NCBI RefSeq assembly: GCF_011745625.1
Contig: NW_027191474.1
Location: 248,001 to 312,000 of the forward strand
Origin: Cladosporium halotolerans
Taxonomy: Eukaryota
Length of the DNA: 64,000 nucleotides
Direction: 5' to 3'
The position numbers and the translations under genes were made by a program. Position 1 is the first letter of the stretch. Every line of letters starts with the position of its first letter. This document shows, in pieces, positions 60,899-64,000 of the stretch. The notes under the pieces were generated by a model. It saw only the letters and a list, made by a program, of their open reading frames with translations. It ran no database searches and was not told where the DNA came from.

Positions 60899-62470
60899 AT
60901 GTCCTCTCTCGAGCGTATGGAACATCAGCCAAGGCTGACGTGCGGCGGCCCGTTGAGCCCGCGCAGGCTGTGGCACGTGGCGGTCGGGTGCGGCGTCTTC
61001 GTGCTGCTGTTCGCCGCAACTCTAATCTATGGCGGACCGGCCTTTGGCGCGAGTTTGCTGAGCTCGAATAATTCGAACAACGACAATGTCGCTGAAGCCG
61101 TCGCGCCCGACGCTGAAAAAGAGGCGCCACCGAAGCCGGAGCCGGAATTCTACGACTGGCACACACGCTCGCAGTTCAGGCCGGTGAACCAAGCCGTCGC
61201 GGGGAAGAGCGTGCAAGATCTCTGCGATGCATTCCCAAAGGACCTGCTACGCGATGTGCAGCCGGTACTCAAGTCTGGACACGGCGTGCTTGAGAAAAGG
61301 GTGAAGACGCAGCTGAATAGCGTGTCGGCGTGCCTGGACGATCACCTCCTCATCTTTTCCGACGTGGACGAAGAGATCGGGGGCTATCAGGTCATTGACG
61401 TCCTGGCCGACCTTCGCACTGACTTTGTTGACGGCAACGACCAGCTCCAAGCATATGTGCTCCAGAAGGAGCTGGCGGACAACGGAACACTTCACACCGA
61501 AGCAGGCTCGAAGGTCAGAGGATGGGAGACAGACAAGTTCAAATTCCTGCCTCAGGTCTCGCGTGCGTGGCGGATGCGGCCAGAAAAGCGATGGTACGTC
61601 TTCTACGAGGATGACACATACATCGTCTGGGACAACATCTTCCGATTGCTCACCAACTTCGACCCCGACATGCCATGGTATTTCGGCTCTCCGTCGCCTG
61701 GCGCACGCGGGTTCTGGATGGCTAACGGCGGACCCGGCTACGTTCTTTCCCGCGAGGCAGTGCGACGACTTGCCAAAGATGACTTTGACGACAATGGCGC
61801 CTTCGCGGGATCAGCACTAACCCAGAGATGGGAGGATCAGATGATGCATGATTGCTGCGGCGACTCCGTCCTGGGCCTGGCGCTACACGAGGATGCGCAG
61901 ACAGGCTTGAGCGGGCTCTTCCCGATGTTTCAGCCGCACCCCTTACACGGCGTTCCTCTCAGCGACACGTATTGGTGCCAGCCGGTCATATCGATGCACA
62001 AGACGTCTGCTGAAGATATGGTGTCCCTGCGGAAGTGGGAAGAGAGCCGGCGAATCATGCAGCGGCCGTTGCTTTTTGCCGATCTAGTCGACTACCTCAA
62101 CCTGACCGAAGTCTCGGTCCGTGAGGACTGGATCAACAGCGACTTCGGAGGCTACCGAGCACCGGGAGATATCGCACATACCTCATTCGAAGCGTGCGGG
62201 GAAGCTTGCCGAGCCGCTTCAAACTGCCTGCAGTGGACTCACCATTTACGGGATTGCACTTTTGTGCCTTCTATTCGCTTGGGTCAATCCAGGGAGCCAG
62301 GGATAGAAGGCTGGAGGTCAGAGGAGGAGAAGGCCATGGAGTGGAGTGAAGATCAGAGGAGATACAAAGCAGGTTGGGACCTCGACGGCATAAAGAGGTG
62401 GATGAGCGCCCCAGGTCGAGATTGCAAAACGGCTCGATGGGTGCGGCCGAGTTTGAAGAGGATCTTTTAA
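60899..62470 (+). CDS. Glycosyltransferase family 31 (Fringe-like), type II membrane protein
   Basis: N-terminal TM segment, GWETDKFKFLP, WYVFYEDDTY, ANGGPGYVLS, CCGD.VLG.AL, WCQPVISMHK. Confidence 0.88.
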   Translation: MSSLERMEHQPRLTCGGPLSPRRLWHVAVGCGVFVLLFAATLIYGGPAFGASLLSSNNSNNDNVAEAVAPDAEKEAPPKPEPEFYDWHTRSQFRPVNQAVAGKSVQDLCDAFPKDLLRDVQPVLKSGHGVLEKRVKTQLNSVSACLDDHLLIFSDVDEEIGGYQVIDVLADLRTDFVDGNDQLQAYVLQKELADNGTLHTEAGSKVRGWETDKFKFLPQVSRAWRMRPEKRWYVFYEDDTYIVWDNIFRLLTNFDPDMPWYFGSPSPGARGFWMANGGPGYVLSREAVRRLAKDDFDDNGAFAGSALTQRWEDQMMHDCCGDSVLGLALHEDAQTGLSGLFPMFQPHPLHGVPLSDTYWCQPVISMHKTSAEDMVSLRKWEESRRIMQRPLLFADLVDYLNLTEVSVREDWINSDFGGYRAPGDIAHTSFEACGEACRAASNCLQWTHHLRDCTFVPSIRLGQSREPGIEGWRSEEEKAMEWSEDQRRYKAGWDLDGIKRWMSAPGRDCKTARWVRPSLKRIF

Positions 62471-62969
62471 AATTGGTGTTCAGCTACGCTCTGGATGAGG
62501 CAAACCGGCTTTCATTTGACAGAAGCAATAATACTTTCGCAAACTTCACACTCGGGGACCTACATTTCGACTGTGTTGGGATGTTAATGCCATTTAGCAA
62601 GTGATATCCTGACGCGACGAAACTTTGAAGAAGCAGAGAAGCCAAAACGAAACACATCTGGCGCCTTGCCATGCTCCATTTTTCGCGACATTATGGCAGC
62701 CATCATGAGCAAGCCCAACACATGCCAAAGCAAGCTGAACTCTGGCTACCATATCTTTATCTCTAGTGGCACTGATAGACCGGCCCGGTCGCCTCTCACA
62801 GCCTGGCTTTATCGCGCAAACTCTAAGACCCACCGGCCCGCTCAGTGGACGACCCCCCTCGCGTTGACAGATGTATCTCTTCTGGAAACACGATCTAGCA
62901 ACGTCGTTGATATTAAAGGCAAGATGTATCCATTGGAACTTGCTTCGGTAAATTTAGCGACTTTTCAAG

Positions 62970-64000
62970 ATGGATCATTCCTTTAGTGCCAAACCAGCTT
63001 TCGTGAGCGAGGACCTACCGAAAGATGAAAAAGACGACAACATGCTCCACCAACAGCAGTCTCACGAGGTCGGTGAGATCGTCGACGGAGTTCTGTTCGA
63101 GCGGACCGAAGTCCGACAGGGCCTTCACCAGAGACACATCCAAATGATTGCACTTGCTGGTGCTGTCGGGACTGGACTGTTCCTTGGCTCTGGTAGAGCA
63201 GTAGCCAACGCAGGACCGCTCGGAGCATGGCTGGGCTACACTTTCGTCGGCTGCTTGATTGCTCCCGTCGTCCTGGCTATGGGAGAGATGGGCACGCTTG
63301 TCCCGCTCAACGGAGGAGTCGTTCGATTCGCCGAACTCTTTGTCGATCCCGCGCTGTCCTTCGCCAACGGGTGGAATCTTGTATACTCCTACGCCGTCTC
63401 CATCCCAGCCGAAATCGTGGCAGCGGCAGTGCTAGTGGAGTTCTGGGTCACGGTCAACAACGCCATCTGGATCACTGTGTTTGGCATCCTCATGCTCATC
63501 ACAGCATTCTCAATTGTCAGGATCTACGGCGAGGTTGAGTTTGCGTTTTGTACGCTCAAGATTCTTCTGATTATCGGAGTCAACCTCATGGCTCTGGTGG
63601 TCACTTGCGGCGGCGGTCCGAACCATGAGAGTATTGGGTTTCGCTACTGGAAGCACCCTGGACCTTTCGTGCAATACCTGGGCATCAATGGGTCGCTCGG
63701 CCGTTTCCTGGGTTTCTGGACGGTTTTCAACAACGCAATTTATTCGTACTCTGGCATTGAAGCAGTGACTCTCGTTGCTGCCGAGACAGCAAATCCTCGA
63801 AAAGTGATCCCGCAGGCGACGAAACGCATCTTTTGGAGAATACTCATCTTCTACGTTTTGACGATCTTCATGATTGGCCTTGTGGTCCCTTCCAACGATC
63901 CAAACCTCCTTCATTCGACGGGCACAGCAGCGCAGTCGCCGTTCGTGATCAGCGCCTCGAGAGCGGGCATCCCGGTCGTCTCCTCGATCATTAACGCCGT
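62970..64000 (+). CDS. Amino-acid permease (APC/YAT family), runs off window end; absent from the ORF track
   Basis: ATG 62970 in frame with RQGLHQRHIQMIALAGAVGTGLFLGSG, MGEM, FVDPALSFANGWN, YGEVEF, IGFRYW..PG.F, YSGIE...AAET.NP. Confidence 0.93.
   Translation, partial: MDHSFSAKPAFVSEDLPKDEKDDNMLHQQQSHEVGEIVDGVLFERTEVRQGLHQRHIQMIALAGAVGTGLFLGSGRAVANAGPLGAWLGYTFVGCLIAPVVLAMGEMGTLVPLNGGVVRFAELFVDPALSFANGWNLVYSYAVSIPAEIVAAAVLVEFWVTVNNAIWITVFGILMLITAFSIVRIYGEVEFAFCTLKILLIIGVNLMALVVTCGGGPNHESIGFRYWKHPGPFVQYLGINGSLGRFLGFWTVFNNAIYSYSGIEAVTLVAAETANPRKVIPQATKRIFWRILIFYVLTIFMIGLVVPSNDPNLLHSTGTAAQSPFVISASRAGIPVVSSIINA

Overview
Genomic DNA of a filamentous ascomycete; from memory the ITS1/ITS2 look like Cladosporium (C. 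halotolerans/sphaerospermum complex), unverified. Bases 1-16.3 kb cover the rDNA locus and both its flanks. In order: the 3' end of MTO1; an alpha/beta-hydrolase/NB-ARC/TPR NLR gene that has lost its P-loop; a solo LTR; one complete 8,381-bp rDNA unit on the minus strand (18S-ITS1-5.8S-ITS2-28S, with a repeat-rich IGS); the start of a second unit; a 10-N gap; and a terminal 28S fragment. That terminal fragment is interrupted by a ~1.12-kb mosaic of mitochondrial DNA (recognisable mt-SSU rRNA 5' end and nad4 pieces). After the insert the rDNA resumes at the same nucleotide for 27 bp and then cuts into a protein-coding ORF. The remainder is gene-dense euchromatin: type II NADH dehydrogenase, ORM1, HOM2, tRNA-Ile, GSH2/ALO1 head-to-head, MFS and DUF1275 transporters, HAD phosphatase, tRNA-Thr, Na+/H+ antiporter, PLD-family protein, AcuM/RDS2-type TF, AAA ATPase, a HeLo-like/NACHT/ankyrin NLR, HAC1/hacA with its 20-nt Ire1 intron, an acyltransferase, a SPOUT methyltransferase, a Pth11-like protein, a GT31 glycosyltransferase and an amino-acid permease. 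The most unusual item is the composite NUMT inside the border rDNA copy. I found no clearly novel multi-gene system.
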